A DNA stretch of 63,407 bases, filler included, from Asterionella formosa (GCA_002256025.1; 23 parts of 23 records of this genome joined end to end with filler, not necessarily neighbours in it); one strand, 5' to 3'; shown: positions 1 through 12,595, counted from the whole stretch's first letter. Notes: generated by a model from the letters alone, not told the origin. Numbers and translations are program-made.

Positions 1-1155
1 TTTTTTTTTGGCTGTTCCAAGGCGCCAGGAGAAAACCTATCCGGCCGCTTTGCCCGCCTGCCCCATCGATGTGGGGTGCTTGGGGGGCATCATGGGAGGA
101 TTCGAACTCCTCCCACCAGTTCATGTGTTCAGGAATGTTTTTGAGGCACCCCGTCATCCAATCATGTCCCAGTGTCCGGTGAGGCACCCCGCCCCTCTCA
201 CCTGGGCGAGGTAGTGTGAGACTTTCACTCACTAAAAACCTGTGTGCAGCCCCAGTCTTGACCAGTACGCGGTCTGCCCTACCCGTCGGGGCGTTGGCCC
301 GTGGAGGTGTGTGGGACCCCGTCAAATGCCTCACTTGCGTAAGACCCCCAACGGGACCTGATTATGTTAGCACGAAGGCTAACAACGCTCATCAGGAACC
401 TGGCAAGGGTGGTGGCCCCTGCCGGGTTCCGTTCCATCTGGCTACCGTCCCCATCGGATGATGAGCTTTCAACCGAAGAGTCACAGTTTTGCTGTGCTGT
501 GACTCCGGTTGGTTCACCCACCATCCATCCATGTACCCAGCGGTTGTCACAACTCCCTCCGAGGAGCCATGCCAACCGTTGTTGGTCAAAACCGAGGGCG
601 AAATTCGGCCCTAACGTCCGAACTTTCGCGATCAATTCTGCCATGTGTGGCTCGGTGCGTAGAACACGCCACCGACCACACGTGAACACTAAGTGTTCCA
701 GCGTTTCTGGCTCATCCATACCACAAAATGGACACTTCCTCAAATACCTATGAGGCATTCGCTTCCACCCCACCAAGGTGGGGACAGTTACAAATGCCCC
801 AATCCGACACCGAACTATCAAAGCCAGTCCTGCTTGGTCTTTGGGACTGCCCCCCACACGTGACCGTGTGAGTGGATGCTTGTCAAATCCGCCTCCCTCA
901 TACCACACTGTGCGGGCCCCCGACGGACGAGTCAAGTTCCGTCGGATCCCACACTCTCTCTCCAAGATGCATGCTTTCACTACCTCAGCCAGTACCTTTG
1001 GTTCCAGGCTCTGCCATCCAGCACCCAAGTACCTCTCCACAATAGACACCGGTGCATGGGGGAGCGCATAGCGTTTCAGCCAGCGCGGAACCCCCGAGCA
1101 CCATGTCCATTTCTGACTTCGGAATGGTCTTAGGACCAATTCCTGAAGCCAGGTT
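1..1155 (-). mobile_element. Non-LTR retrotransposon (LINE) 3' end: ORF2 C-terminus (279-1154), 3' UTR and poly(A)
   Basis: The frame is open from the contig edge to the stop at 279. It carries a zf-RVT-type CCHC motif (CPFCGMDEPETLEHLVFTC), then a ~270-nt UTR and an A-tract (T-run at 1-9). Confidence 0.88.
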
Positions 1156-1255
1156 NNNNNNNNNNNNNNNNNNNNNNNNNNNNNNNNNNNNNNNNNNNNT
1201 TAATTAATTAANNNNNNNNNNNNNNNNNNNNNNNNNNNNNNNNNNNNNNNNNNNN
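1156..1255. other. Artificial contig-joining spacer (N-run/TTAATTAATTAA/N-run); 22 such spacers separate 23 contigs
   Basis: An identical 100-nt linker with stops in all frames recurs throughout; adjacency across it is not biological. Confidence 0.99.
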
Positions 1256-2410
1256 TTTTTTTTTGGCTGTTCCAAGGCGCCAGGAGAAAACCTATCCGGC
1301 CGCTTTGCCCGCCTGCCCCATCGATGTGGGGTGCTTGGGGGGCATCATGGGAGGATTCGAACTCCTCCCACCAGTTCATGTGTTCAGGAATGTTTTTGAG
1401 GCACCCCGTCATCCAATCATGTCCCAGTGTCCGGTGAGGCACCCCGCCCCTCTCACCTGGGCGAGGTAGTGTGAGACTTTCACTCACTAAAAACCTGTGT
1501 GCAGCCCCAGTCTTGACCAGTACGCGGTCTGCCCTACCCGTCGGGGCGTTGGCCCGTGGAGGTGTGTGGGACCCCGTCAAATGCCTCACTTGCGTAAGAC
1601 CCCCAACGGGACCTGATTATGTTAGCACGAAGGCTAACAACGCTCATCAGGAACCTGGCAAGGGTGGTGGCCCCTGCCGGGTTCCGTTCCATCTGGCTAC
1701 CGTCCCCATCGGATGATGAGCTGTCAACCGAAGAGTCACAGTTTTGCTGTGCTGTGACTCCGGTTGGTTCGCCCACCATCCATCCATGTACCCAGCGGTT
1801 GTCACAACTCCCTCCGAGGAGCCATGCCAACCGTTGTTGGTCAAAACCGAGGGCGAAATTCGGCCCTAACGTCCGAACTTTCGCGATCAATTCTGCCATG
1901 TGTGGCTCGGTGCGTAGAACACGCCACCGACCACACGTGAACACTAAGTGTTCCAGCGTTTCTGGCTCATCCATACCACAAAATGGACACTTCCTCAAAT
2001 ACCTATGAGGCATTCGCTTCCACCCCACCAAGGTGGGGACAGTTACAAATGCCCCAATCCGACACCGAACTATCAAAGCCAGTCCTGCTTGGTCTTTGGG
2101 ACTGCCCCCCACACGTGACCGTGTGAGTGGATGCTTGTCAAATCCGCCTCCCTCATACCACACTGTGCGGGCCCCCGACGGACGAGTCAAGTTCCGTCGG
2201 ATCCCACACTCTCTCTCCAAAATGCATGCTTTCACTACCTCAGCCAGTACCTTTGGTTCCAGGCTCTGCCATCCAGCACCCAAGTACCTCTCCACAATAG
2301 ACACCGGTGCATGGGGGAGCGCATAGCGTTTCAGCCAGCGCGGAACCCCCGAGCACCATGTCCATTTCTGACTTCGGAATGGTCTTAGGACCAATTCCTG
2401 AAGCCAGGTT
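1256..2410 (-). mobile_element. Second near-identical copy of the LINE 3' end (CDS 1534-2409)
   Basis: Same boundaries as 1-1155; I spotted 3 substitutions. Confidence 0.88.
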
Positions 2411-2554
2411 NNNNNNNNNNNNNNNNNNNNNNNNNNNNNNNNNNNNNNNNNNNNTTAATTAATTAANNNNNNNNNNNNNNNNNNNNNNNNNNNNNNNNNN
2501 NNNNNNNNNNGTACCAGACCATACAGAGTCTGAAGAAGTCGCACAGGGCGCATC

Positions 2555-3664
2555 ATGAGTGGCAAAGGAAAGTTTACCAAGAAGGCTCAAGCCAAGGGCA
2601 AGTTTCAAGCCAAGGGAGGGAGCAACATTGCTTCTCAATCAATCAAGAAGTCAGTCAATGACTATAACTACTACCTCGGATCATCGAAGCAGGCATCTGA
2701 TTATGAGACTACTACTGAGTACCTCATCAATCATATCAAGAAAGTGTTCGACTATGGCAACGACATAGGAACCGCGCTCGAGTTATTAGAACCAATGAGC
2801 ACATTGGCATGGAAGCCAAGAATGCAAGTGAGCATTGCAACAACAGAAGAAGATCGCGCTGCAGAGAATCGACAATATGAGATTGAGTTCAAGGCTGACT
2901 ATGACACCTACAGTAAAAGGGTACAGGCCTACGAAAATAATAATACCAAGGCATATGCGTTGCTCTGGGAAAGATGCAACAAAGCCATGAAGAACAAGAT
3001 TGAAGCAAGATCCGATTACAATAGGATCAAAAATAACCCAATAACATTGCTTATGGCAATTAAAGAACACGCACTAAATTTTCAAGAAAATCGATATTCA
3101 ATGTCGATCATTTTAGATGCGATGAGAACGCTTTTATCCACAAAGCAAAAAGAAGGAGAAAGTCTACAAGACTACACCAAGAGATTTCGTGTGGCACGAG
3201 ATGTGCTCAAGTCACACATGGGAGGACCCATCATCCTCACCAAGTTCATTGAAGCCATAGATGGATACAACGAGACCGACATCAAGCAACGAGATAAATT
3301 TCGTGAACAAGCTTTCAGTCAATTTATGGCATATTTATATCTCGATAAAGCCGACAAGACCAAATACGGATCAATTATGACCGGGCTGAACACTCAACAG
3401 TCACTCGGCAACAATCAATACCCAAAGAGCATCACCGAATCAAATAATGTTCTCAGCAACCATCGGTTTGACGTAACAAATAAATCTGTCTACAAGAAAC
3501 CAGGAGATAATGATAAAGAGAGGAAACAAAAGGATGGAGGCAAGGAAGACGAAGATGTGAACTTATCGTTTGCACAGTTAGAAGGAAAATGTTACTGCTG
3601 CGGAAAAGCAGGTCACAAATCTCCTTCGTGTCGAGACAAGAATAAACCCAAAGAGGAATGGGCT
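2555..3664 (+). mobile_element. gag: Ty1/copia-like (CoDi-type) LTR retrotransposon gag, 3'-partial
   Basis: Uninterrupted ORF with an MHR-like motif QKEGESLQDYTKRF and a zinc knuckle CYCCGKAGHKSPSC (CX2CX4HX4C). Confidence 0.8.
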
Positions 3665-5054
3665 NNNNNNNNNNNNNNNNNNNNNNNNNNNNNNNNNNNN
3701 NNNNNNNNTTAATTAATTAANNNNNNNNNNNNNNNNNNNNNNNNNNNNNNNNNNNNNNNNNNNNGCATCACATCATTGTCTGCATTGATCTTCTTGAATT
3801 CTAGGTCTTGATCTAGCTCGGACTTTTTCTTGAATATCTTTTCTTTTAGAAATGCAATAGTTTCTCTGCTTTCATGATGTTCATCTTGATGAGCGTTCTG
3901 GGCGAATAGTGAGACATATTTCTTGGTTTTGCAACTTTTCAACCATTTCTACTCCAGAAGTGATGTCTCCCACATTTCCGCCGGTATTCTCATTCATCGC
4001 ATGAATTTGTTCATCAAATGAATGAGAATCACTGAGTTCTTCTTCATTATCAGCGATTTCAGAAGAATGAGGAAGCAAAATACGTCACTAGATGGAACTG
4101 TGACTTTGTAGGAATAGAGTCTTCATCCCCGAATAACAGCTACTAACAAACAAAAATACAACTAGCTAAGCATACAAGAAGCAAGGAACAAAATCAATGA
4201 ACATGAACAACAACAGCAGATTGATCTTACATCATAACTTTTGTGGGGAGATGAGCAGGGATCAACATATATAGCAAATATCTCATCAATTTTGGGTGCA
4301 CATCATAATTTTTGATTCTTAAGGTTGCGGCCATGGGCTATAAAACTAGTTTGGAGAAAACGTCGCTAGGGTTGTAAAAACGGCATGGAACAGGGAGTTT
4401 GCTGCTATGAATTCCCATGATTTGAGTGTCTGTTTATATATTTGAATTAAACAGGAGTCAGCGCCAGATAGATAGAGTTCCATTTTAAATAAACAAAAAA
4501 TGATTTTCAATTGTTTATACTATAGCTACGTTGCTGTATGTAGACATAATTTGCTCCACGCCAAAACACCTATGCAAATCAAGAGTATGCCTATATGTAT
4601 ATGATATTTTTTATCTTGGTGTATGATGATAGAAGACAGGATGAAACTACCGGTGGTACTGATTTTGCCTAAAAGGTACCGGTACACAGTTCATCTAATA
4701 CTACATGTGGTTCAAGTATGGCTGGCATAATTTTACAAGACCGGGATACTGCCGCCGATCTGGAGCAGGAAAGTAAATTCAATTCAAACAATCAGAATAT
4801 GTGTTGTGATGAAGCAACTTATCCCTTGAGTTTTTTTCGGACAGAGAATTATTCAGCAAAACATGGCTACGCAGGACTCTAAATCTACGAGAACGTTATT
4901 GCATGTACAAATTCCGATTCCAATACTTTGGTGACTGTTGAAAAAGCCGATCGGGTCGATTTTTTTGAAGAGTATTGCTCTACATCTACAGGGTTTCATG
5001 ACGATTAAAATAGATAGCCATGTACCCTGCCTATGCATAACGTCAGGAGTTAAC

Positions 5055-5177
5055 TTCTGGAGAGAAGTGGCAGTTATGTATCATAGATTTTTTTGAAGCT
5101 TGGTAGCCCCTTTTTTGACTAGTTTTGCGGTAGTTACGAATCTATGATACATAGGTAACTGCAACTTCTCACCAGAA
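5055..5177. repeat. ~35-bp imperfect inverted repeat (foldback or MITE-like)
   Basis: TTCTGGAGAGAAGTGGCAGTTATGTATCATAGATT pairs with AATCTATGATACATAGGTAACTGCAACTTCTCACCAGAA. Confidence 0.7.
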
Positions 5178-5396
5178 ATGGGGTCCTTACCATATCTGCA
5201 TATAGATCATACCCCTAAGTTGAGCAATGACAGTATCCAAGCATATGCAAAGTGGTTGTATTGGTGAAAGCTAATTTTACCATTAACTATTTTGATTGGT
5301 TGTACATCCAACATAATGTGTGGATTGAGGTACATCATAAAAATATCTTGGGAAAAAATAACCTCGCAATGTGTAACTGTGGGGCTGCAACTTTAA

Positions 5397-5630
5397 GGTT
5401 CCTGCATTTGAACCCCTAGGCAAAAATTAAAATATTGCTTAGGGTTGCCGAAATTCCCTGGAACTAAGAACCTTAATGCGCTAATTCTGAATGGAAAGGG
5501 TGTTAAATTGTGAAGCTCTGTTGAGCGTTATACACATCTATTTTAGACGTGAAAAGTACGTGTTTGATTAGTCTGACTCAATATTTTTTTTTAAACCCTA
5601 CCTCGAGCTAGGGGTTCAAATGCAGGAACC
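5397..5630. mobile_element. 234-bp PIF/Harbinger (Tourist-like) MITE
   Basis: Perfect 23-bp TIR GGTTCCTGCATTTGAACCCCTAG with TAA on both sides (5394-5396, 5631-5633). Related ends occur at 37055 and 55425. Confidence 0.9.
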
Positions 5631-5801
5631 TAAATTATATTATTATCCCGTACCGGTATGCAAGAGAAAATCTGTACTAAGGGCAATTTATCCTACATAT
5701 GTAAAATACCGGTATGCATATTGATCTTCACTTTGCAACCAGGCATTCATACAGGAACGCAAGGGTGGCACAGTTATGATACCGGTACACTAGTAATTTC
5801 T

Positions 5802-6075
5802 TGTTGCGTTAATTGTGCTGAAGCCAAACATTTAGATGTCTTTTTCCTATATTAAATTGTTTTTTAAGCTAAATTGTACCAGGGGATACTGTTACCTGTA
5901 AGTTGCGGTAATTTTGGTGAATCTAAAGATGTAGCTGTCTTTATCCCAGATTAAAATGTTAGTTGAAGCAAAATGACCGCAACCTCGTGCAAATTGCGGT
6001 AATTGTGTTGGATCTAAATATTTAGCTTTCTTTATCCGATATTAAATTGTTTATTTAAGAAAAATGACCGCAACT
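5802..6075. repeat. Three tandem copies of an ~84-bp element with short TIRs (AGTTGCGGT...ACCGCAACT)
   Basis: Copies at ~5802-5880 (degenerate), 5901-5984 and 5992-6075; a fourth copy at 12596-12679. Confidence 0.75.
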
Positions 6076-6546
6076 TAAAGGTACCATAGTGTGTCGTATG
6101 TAGAGTTGTACAGGCGGTGCGCTCTTCCTTTGTGTCGGAATAGCTTGGGATTTCGGATACCGGTACATATGAAATCCTGCAGAAAAAAAGCAAAAAGTCA
6201 CGGCATGCCTCCTCGGCGTCGACTTTCTTGGGGCTTGTCGCTCTACAGTAGTGTTCATGACACACATACGTGAAGGGTCGTATGTAACGATGTAGAAAAC
6301 TTTTCTCGTAACTGCCTTCTGCTACGACACTGTTCTAGGTAAATTATGATCACAGCTGGCTGCTCATCTCCCCGAGCTTGATTATCATAGACGGCAAGGT
6401 CAACCCTCTCTTGCAACGAACTTTCTGGCCCTTTCGCTTTTGACGTTGGTGCTGCATACTTGACAAAGAATCTGTCTCTGTGTCTTGATACGCCCCAGCA
6501 GCTTTTGCAGATCGTTGTGATCTTTACCGTGCTTTTTACAGAAACG

Positions 6547-7837
6547 ATGGCTGATGCGGACAATGGAGATTACCAAGGTGGGCCTGGCGGAGGCGACGGC
6601 GCCAATGTTCCCACTGGATCTGTGGCGCTTTTGAGTGATCCCGTGGATGTTATTATTGATAAGCTTCTCAGGTATGTGTGCCGTGAAATCCGAAACCATG
6701 GCCAACGCAACAGGGGCAAGTCACTTGCAAGCTCCAGCGTACCCGCCAGTATCTTTCTCACATGCAAATATGACGTATTGACTGCTTTTTTTACCGTGCC
6801 GACTGACAGGCCGGTCGTCAGCGGCCTTCTTGTTTTTTCCCATTTTCTCCGGCGTTCCTATTTCTTATTCTAATTAACTAACCTCTTCTTCTCCTTCGTA
6901 ATGCTTAAGTGTGAGAGGTGCCCGCCCCGGAAAGCAGGTTGATTTATCAGAAGCCGAGATCAAAATGCTTTGTCTCCGTTCTCGCGATCTGTTGATCGGA
7001 CAACCTATGCTTCTGGAATTGGAAGCCCCCATCAAGATCTGTGGTGACGTGCATGGGCAATACTATGATCTCCTCCGTCTCTTCGAATATGGTGGATTTC
7101 CTCCGGAATCAAATTATGTCTTCCTTGGGGACTACGTTGATCGTGGAAAACAGTCTCTTGAAACGATTTGCCTCCTTTTGGCCTACAAAATCAAGTACCC
7201 TGAGAACTTTTTCGTTCTCCGCGGCAATCATGAATGTGCTTCTATCAACCGTATCTATGGATTTTACGATGAGTGTAAACGACGATTCGGCATCAAACTT
7301 TGGAAGACCTTCACGGATTGCTTCAACTGCCTCCCTTGTGCCGCTGTCATTGACGAGAAGATTTTCTGCATGCACGGTGGCCTGAGCCCAGAACTCACTA
7401 GCCTTGATCAGGTAAAACGCATTGTCCGTCCAACGGATGTTCCCGACACTGGTTTGTTATGTGATTTATTGTGGTCTGATCCAGATAAGGAAATTGACGG
7501 ATGGGGTGAAAACGACAGGGGTGTCTCCTTTACCTTTGGTGAAGACATTGTGGCGCAATTCTTGCACAAGCATGACCTTGATCTCATTTGCCGTGCTCAT
7601 CAAGTTGTGGAAGACGGATACGAGTTTTTTGCGAGACGTCAACTTGTTACGTTGTTCTCTGCTCCGAACTACTGCGGTGAATTCGACAATGCCGGTGCAA
7701 TGATGAGCGTTGATGAGACTTTGATGTGTTCCTTCCAGATTTTGAAACCCGCTGAGAAAAGACAGCGTTTCTCGTACCAGGGTGGAGCACAGGGAAGACC
7801 TGGAACCCCTCAGACGCAAACTGCAGGCGGGCGGTAA
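6547..7837 (+). CDS. PP1: Ser/Thr protein phosphatase PP1 catalytic subunit, 2 exons (6547-6671, 6910-7837), 350 aa
   Basis: Motifs GDVHGQY, GDYVDRG, RGNHE and SAPNYC. A GTATGT...CTAAC...TAAG intron (6672-6909) splices to [15 protein letters not shown], the typical PP1 N-terminus. Confidence 0.97.
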
Positions 7838-9822
7838 ATTCTGAGTTGAAATCGTGCGTGCGTGGAATTTTTAATACAAGGAGTGGACGAGATAAGGATC
7901 ACAAAAATTATTTTGGTTGCTACTTGCCCCTAACTAAATTGTAGTAAACAAACATTTATGTATATTTCATCATTGGACAGTACTGTAGAGATTGACAGCT
8001 TTGTCGGTCCTGCTGGCGCTTATCTAAAGGTCGCAGCTTGAGGAATTTCGCCACCTTCTGCTTTGACGAGAATGGTTGTGAGGATAGACTCAAGCATTTC
8101 TATACGTCTCATGTTTTGTGTTTCCTGTATCATTTGTTGCTTGCAAGGGTCGAACTTTTCTGATTCCACTGCATCGGCGTGAGAATCCATTGAATCTGGA
8201 TTCAGCCGATAGTTCGTGGCAGATCGTCGACCATACAAACAAACTTCATGTGGTTCACTTGGTCTCATTTGTCAGCTACAACGAAATCACCGTTTTGGTC
8301 ACTCCCGGTAGAAGCAGAGATAATACTTCCAAGTGTACACGTTGGAACCAATAGGACGGAAAGAGGAATCACCGAACCGCTAGACCCTAATGTTTCGTCT
8401 AGGCAGTACTGCGTACAATTCTGGAAGAAAAATATTCGACCTCGGCATTAATCCATCTGGTTTTCAGTTGCTTCCATACAAGGCTATTGGTGATACACCT
8501 GTATGCTCAACCCCCCACAGAAACGACTCAAAATGGTGGCGAATATTTTGTCCAATACTTAAGACCTGTAGCAAACCTGGATGACCAGCGTACACCAGAT
8601 ACCTGCTACCAGTACCGGTAGTGATACCTGGTACCTGGAATGGAAACAATGTACCGGGTAATTACATGAAGTTATGTAGTAAGTATATTATACTTGGTAC
8701 CAGGTACCAGGTACCAAGTAGTATTAGGACCAAGGCAGTCTTGGAATAATTCTTAGATTACTCCATACAATATACGGAGTACGGTAGTAGCAAAGAAATT
8801 TTCCTCGCCAATATGAGATTTTTCATCGTACAAAGAACTCGAAAATTTCAGGCTGAATTTAGGTATCATCATAGACTATGTATACATACAGGAATACTAA
8901 CAAATAGTAATGATAACATCTTTCATAGGAGACGCACAATTGCAGAATTGGAACTTTTATTTCGCACATCATCATTTGTTTTGCTCTACATATTAAGGAA
9001 GTGTGGAAGTTTGCTTCTTTATGTATCATCAGTGCGATTTATTGATGACCCGATGCATTCGTAAAAAATGTAGCCCAGGGAGCACTTTAGCTTGTTTCCG
9101 CCAAAAATTCAATTTCGTTACCTGTACGGTACCTTGTTTCAGTTCCAGGAGCACTGGTAGTACCAGGTACCTTGTACCAGGGTACCAGGTTCACCAAATA
9201 TAAATGTGCACCGGTACCGGTTCTTCTGACATTGCTTGCTTATGTTTTAACTATAGGTATGTGTAGAATTTTACACCGCATGTGTGAGTGTGAAACGGTT
9301 CTCTATGAAGAGAGACAAAAGTTCAAATTTTACTTAGATTTACTAATTGCCCTCGATTTCGATTGGTACATGTAGTCACTATATACGAAAATGGATACCG
9401 GTATTTCAAGTTTCTAATAATGCATATGATACAGCCTTATTTTTACAGAGTAGATCGTGTGAAGGAAACTTTTGGGGGGGGGGCATTTCGTTTCTAAAAA
9501 TATTCCGTGTAGATTTATATATATATAGATACCCACGAAGTTGCCTCGGTGTAGATTTTCTCAGTACGTTATACTACAACATTTATTGTAGATAAATGAA
9601 AAAACCAATTTTACGGGACACGTGCGAGGCTTTTGCATCCATCCTTTTATCATTTTATATTATATACATTCACAATTATTTGTAAATATCTCGAAGGAAA
9701 ACGATCACATCCGCAAAACTGAACAAACAACCATCATCATTAGAGGGTAATAGTACAACTCCTTTCTGTCTCAATGCCACTGCGTGATATCAGCAATCAT
9801 ATCAGAAGCATCCAGAAATAGT

Positions 9823-10251
9823 ATGATTTTTTCAAGACAGGAACGACTAGCGCCGGTGCTTCCTCAGCGATGCATTCAATTCCAGCAAAAAAAAGGTCCA
9901 TTGAAATCCCGACGACCTGAGCGAGTTTGGAGCCTTTCTATCTCTAGGAATACGATTCTCTGCGTATTCATTTCTGTCTTCAGCAATAATCTGTGGATGA
10001 CCTTTGAAATCGTCGTTTTCGTTGGATCACTGGTTCTTTCTATGAACACCCTCAAGACTATTCAGGGTGATGTAGACGGAATGCGAAAGGAACGCGAAAA
10101 ACTAAGAATAAAGCTCCGAAACTTGGATTGGGAATTCACTGTGGCATCAAATGACCTCAAGATTGCATATGAACGACAACAGGCTACCATTCGAGCAGCA
10201 TCAATGATTGAACATAAATTTGACCATGAGCCACATCCCAGATCGAGCTAA
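9823..10251 (+). CDS. Hypothetical small protein (hydrophobic segment plus predicted coiled coil)
   Basis: ATG-started 142-aa ORF that converges on the NR2C2AP gene; no family recognised. Confidence 0.5.
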   Translation: MIFSRQERLAPVLPQRCIQFQQKKGPLKSRRPERVWSLSISRNTILCVFISVFSNNLWMTFEIVVFVGSLVLSMNTLKTIQGDVDGMRKEREKLRIKLRNLDWEFTVASNDLKIAYERQQATIRAASMIEHKFDHEPHPRSS

Positions 10252-10312
10252 CTACACACACACATACTCCTAAGTACAAATCGAAAATTAATTCCAAATT
10301 TATTCTCATGCT

Positions 10313-10873
10313 CTAATCATCTCTTTCCGATCCCCACACCTCAATTTGATAGATGGTTACTCGGCCATAAAAATCTGTAAAATCGTTGAAGCACAGCTTC
10401 AAAATACAACAAGGTGGCATGGATAGAGGGAACGATTGTAATGCAAGTACATCTTCTGGCTCTACTTCATCTACGACTTCCCATCTCTCATTCACCTTTG
10501 CTTCAATTCGGCATGTTTCGGCCACAAAGCCTGCTTGAAACTGAATTTTGAGCTCGTGGACACGGATCAGACGCGAGAAGTCAATGATGAACGACTGCGA
10601 TTTTCCATGATCAGAATTCCAACAGCTTGTTCCATTTTCAATATCAAGAGCATTCATCGGGCCGTAAAGTTTGGTATTCTTTTGTAGGACAGAAGAGGCT
10701 CTGGGATGGAAGGTAACAAAAAGTAAGATAATTTGTAGCCAGTGAACGAAGGTGGACTAAGCAACGCTACATGGGTTTGTCGTCGTTTGAAATCTCCATT
10801 GTGTCATCGCTTACTTTGCTATAGTTCCAGTCGACGGATCGCTTACTAGTACATTTTTGAGATCACTCATCAT
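10313..10873 (-). CDS. NR2C2AP: Nuclear receptor 2C2-associated protein homolog (galactose-binding-like fold), 2 exons (10873-10815, 10700-10313)
   Basis: ASSVLQKNTKLYG...CWNSD.G..Q...IQFQAGF...PED...LQSF...F.DFTDFYGRVTIY matches the NR2C2AP/TRA16 pattern. The GTAAGC...CAG intron (10814-10701) keeps the frame. Confidence 0.88.
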
Positions 10874-11053
10874 CGAACATTGGCCTTGGTGAACAATAGT
10901 ACCTGATGCGACCGAACAACAAAAGTGAATGATGATCAAAAATTGTTACCGTATGTATTCCAATCGAGAAAGTCTACCTGGTACCTTCTTACCAGTACAA
11001 GGTAGAAAGTGCTGTACACCGTACCAGGTACCAGGTACCAGGGGTACCAGTAA

Positions 11054-12586
11054 GGTCCGGTACCCGGTAGCGCACGTTTTGAACGCACCTTTTCAATTTC
11101 GACGCACTCCCAATGGATCATCTCATGCCTTTCAGACAAGATAAACTGGCTTTTCATTCCAAACTCTCTTACCAGTAAGTAACTTTCTTAAATGTTAAAT
11201 TATCATTCATTAAATCCATGTCGTGTTCTGATCATCAAAATCATGTTCACCACCTGCTACTGGTAATGGTATTCAGCAACTGGATGATGGTTTGCTAATG
11301 GAACTCATCAATCAGCAATTTCTAGTCATAGTCAGCAGTTTCTAGTTATAGTCAGCAGTTTCTAGTCAAAGTCAGCAAATTTTAATCATTGTCAGCAGAT
11401 TTCTAGTCATATCAGCAATCATAAACAAAAGAGTCATTTTGAAAATGTCAATTGACTATTAATTGACATTCTTACTTAAGCAAATAGAGAATCAAACAAA
11501 ATTTCTTTTGACATACAGATTGCCGTAGTGTAGCATGCTGCGTACTGTAAAAGTGTCAAATCTGTTCGTAACTTTGTCGTTTTGAATTGTGCATCATCTA
11601 AACTACATGAAGCAATGCACCATCGGCACACAATTTCAATTTTCGTTGTCAATATTGGCATTCTTACAATTTTTCTATTTTTTATGATTTTATTATCTAT
11701 GTTGTGTTATTAATAGTTACTAGATAGCATAGCGTCGTTTTCATTTTCCATGGAGGAATTCATTATTTTTGACATGGTCAAGGCCAAGACGGGGGCATGA
11801 TGCAGGATTCTTCAGCCGTGCACAAGATCTACACTCTAGCGTTTAATATACAGAAAGAAATCGCAACATCAAAGCTAAATAATTATACAATAGCTTCTAT
11901 AAGGGCTACCTTGGGTACCAGGTACTGGTACCCTGAAAATATATACCGGGATCCTATGTAGCCATAGTATATATGTGATATATGATATATTTATGATATT
12001 GCAAATAGCATAATGGTACCCCGGCAGTAGGCTGTTGCATATGGCGTGATGTTGGCTGTGACCATATATATAGATATGACATTACATATGCTTATATGTA
12101 GTATTGGCGAGGCAATCAGGGGTAGTGGTTGTGTTTGTTCATGTATATACTTCATAGGCATAAAGATTCAGAATTCTACCGGTATTCTTATTCATAAGTT
12201 CTAGTCGTTGTCAGCACATTCTAGTCGCTTTCAACAAGCTCTAGTCGCAGTCAGCAAATTTTAGTAATTGTCAGCAAATCCTAGTCATTGTCAGCAAATT
12301 CTAGTCATTTTCAGCACGTTCTCAATGTAGAAAGGTAGGATTCCTATTTGGATTCCGAAGAGAGAAGACGCTTTGCTGAACTTGTTCATCAGTCGGCAAA
12401 TCCGAGTTGTGTTCAGAGACTCACTCTGCAAATCAGCATTGGTCAATAAGAGCAACGCTTTCCTAAATTACTCAAGGAATATTATTTTCATCGAAAGCTG
12501 GCCTATCTCGTCCGGCAGGGATGAGACAATCCATTGGGAGTGCGTCAAAACTGAAAAGGTGCGCATAAAACATTCGCTACCAGACC
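11054..12586. mobile_element. ~1.5-kb non-autonomous TIR element with internal 20-bp repeat arrays
   Basis: ~90-bp imperfect TIRs (11067-11155 and 12492-12581, core CGCACCTTTTCA.TTT.GACGCACTCCCAATGGAT). TCTAGTCATTGTCAGCAAAT-like arrays lie at 11310-11420 and 12198-12320. The left end reads TAA|GG. Confidence 0.8.
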
Positions 12587-12595
12587 TTCCAGGCG

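Noticed and set aside
75..170. tRNA gene on the - strand
   Set aside because: Only a T-loop-like hairpin; I could not build D, anticodon or acceptor arms with canonical spacing.
364..1133. Overlapping antisense ORFs in the LINE, PP1 and GT47 genes
   Set aside because: Expected shadow frames of coding DNA.
1200..1211. Recurrent TTAATTAATTAA palindrome
   Set aside because: Artificial all-frame stop linker; ORFs ending in X...LIN are artefacts.
3765..4140. Charged ORF pieces on the - strand
   Set aside because: Frameshifted, at a contig edge and unidentifiable.
6911..6913. GTG start for PP1, and the 6460-6873 ORF as a separate gene
   Set aside because: Both are explained by the exon 1/intron structure starting at ATG 6547.
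8020..8649. Small ORFs downstream of PP1
   Set aside because: No recognisable motifs or consistent splice model.
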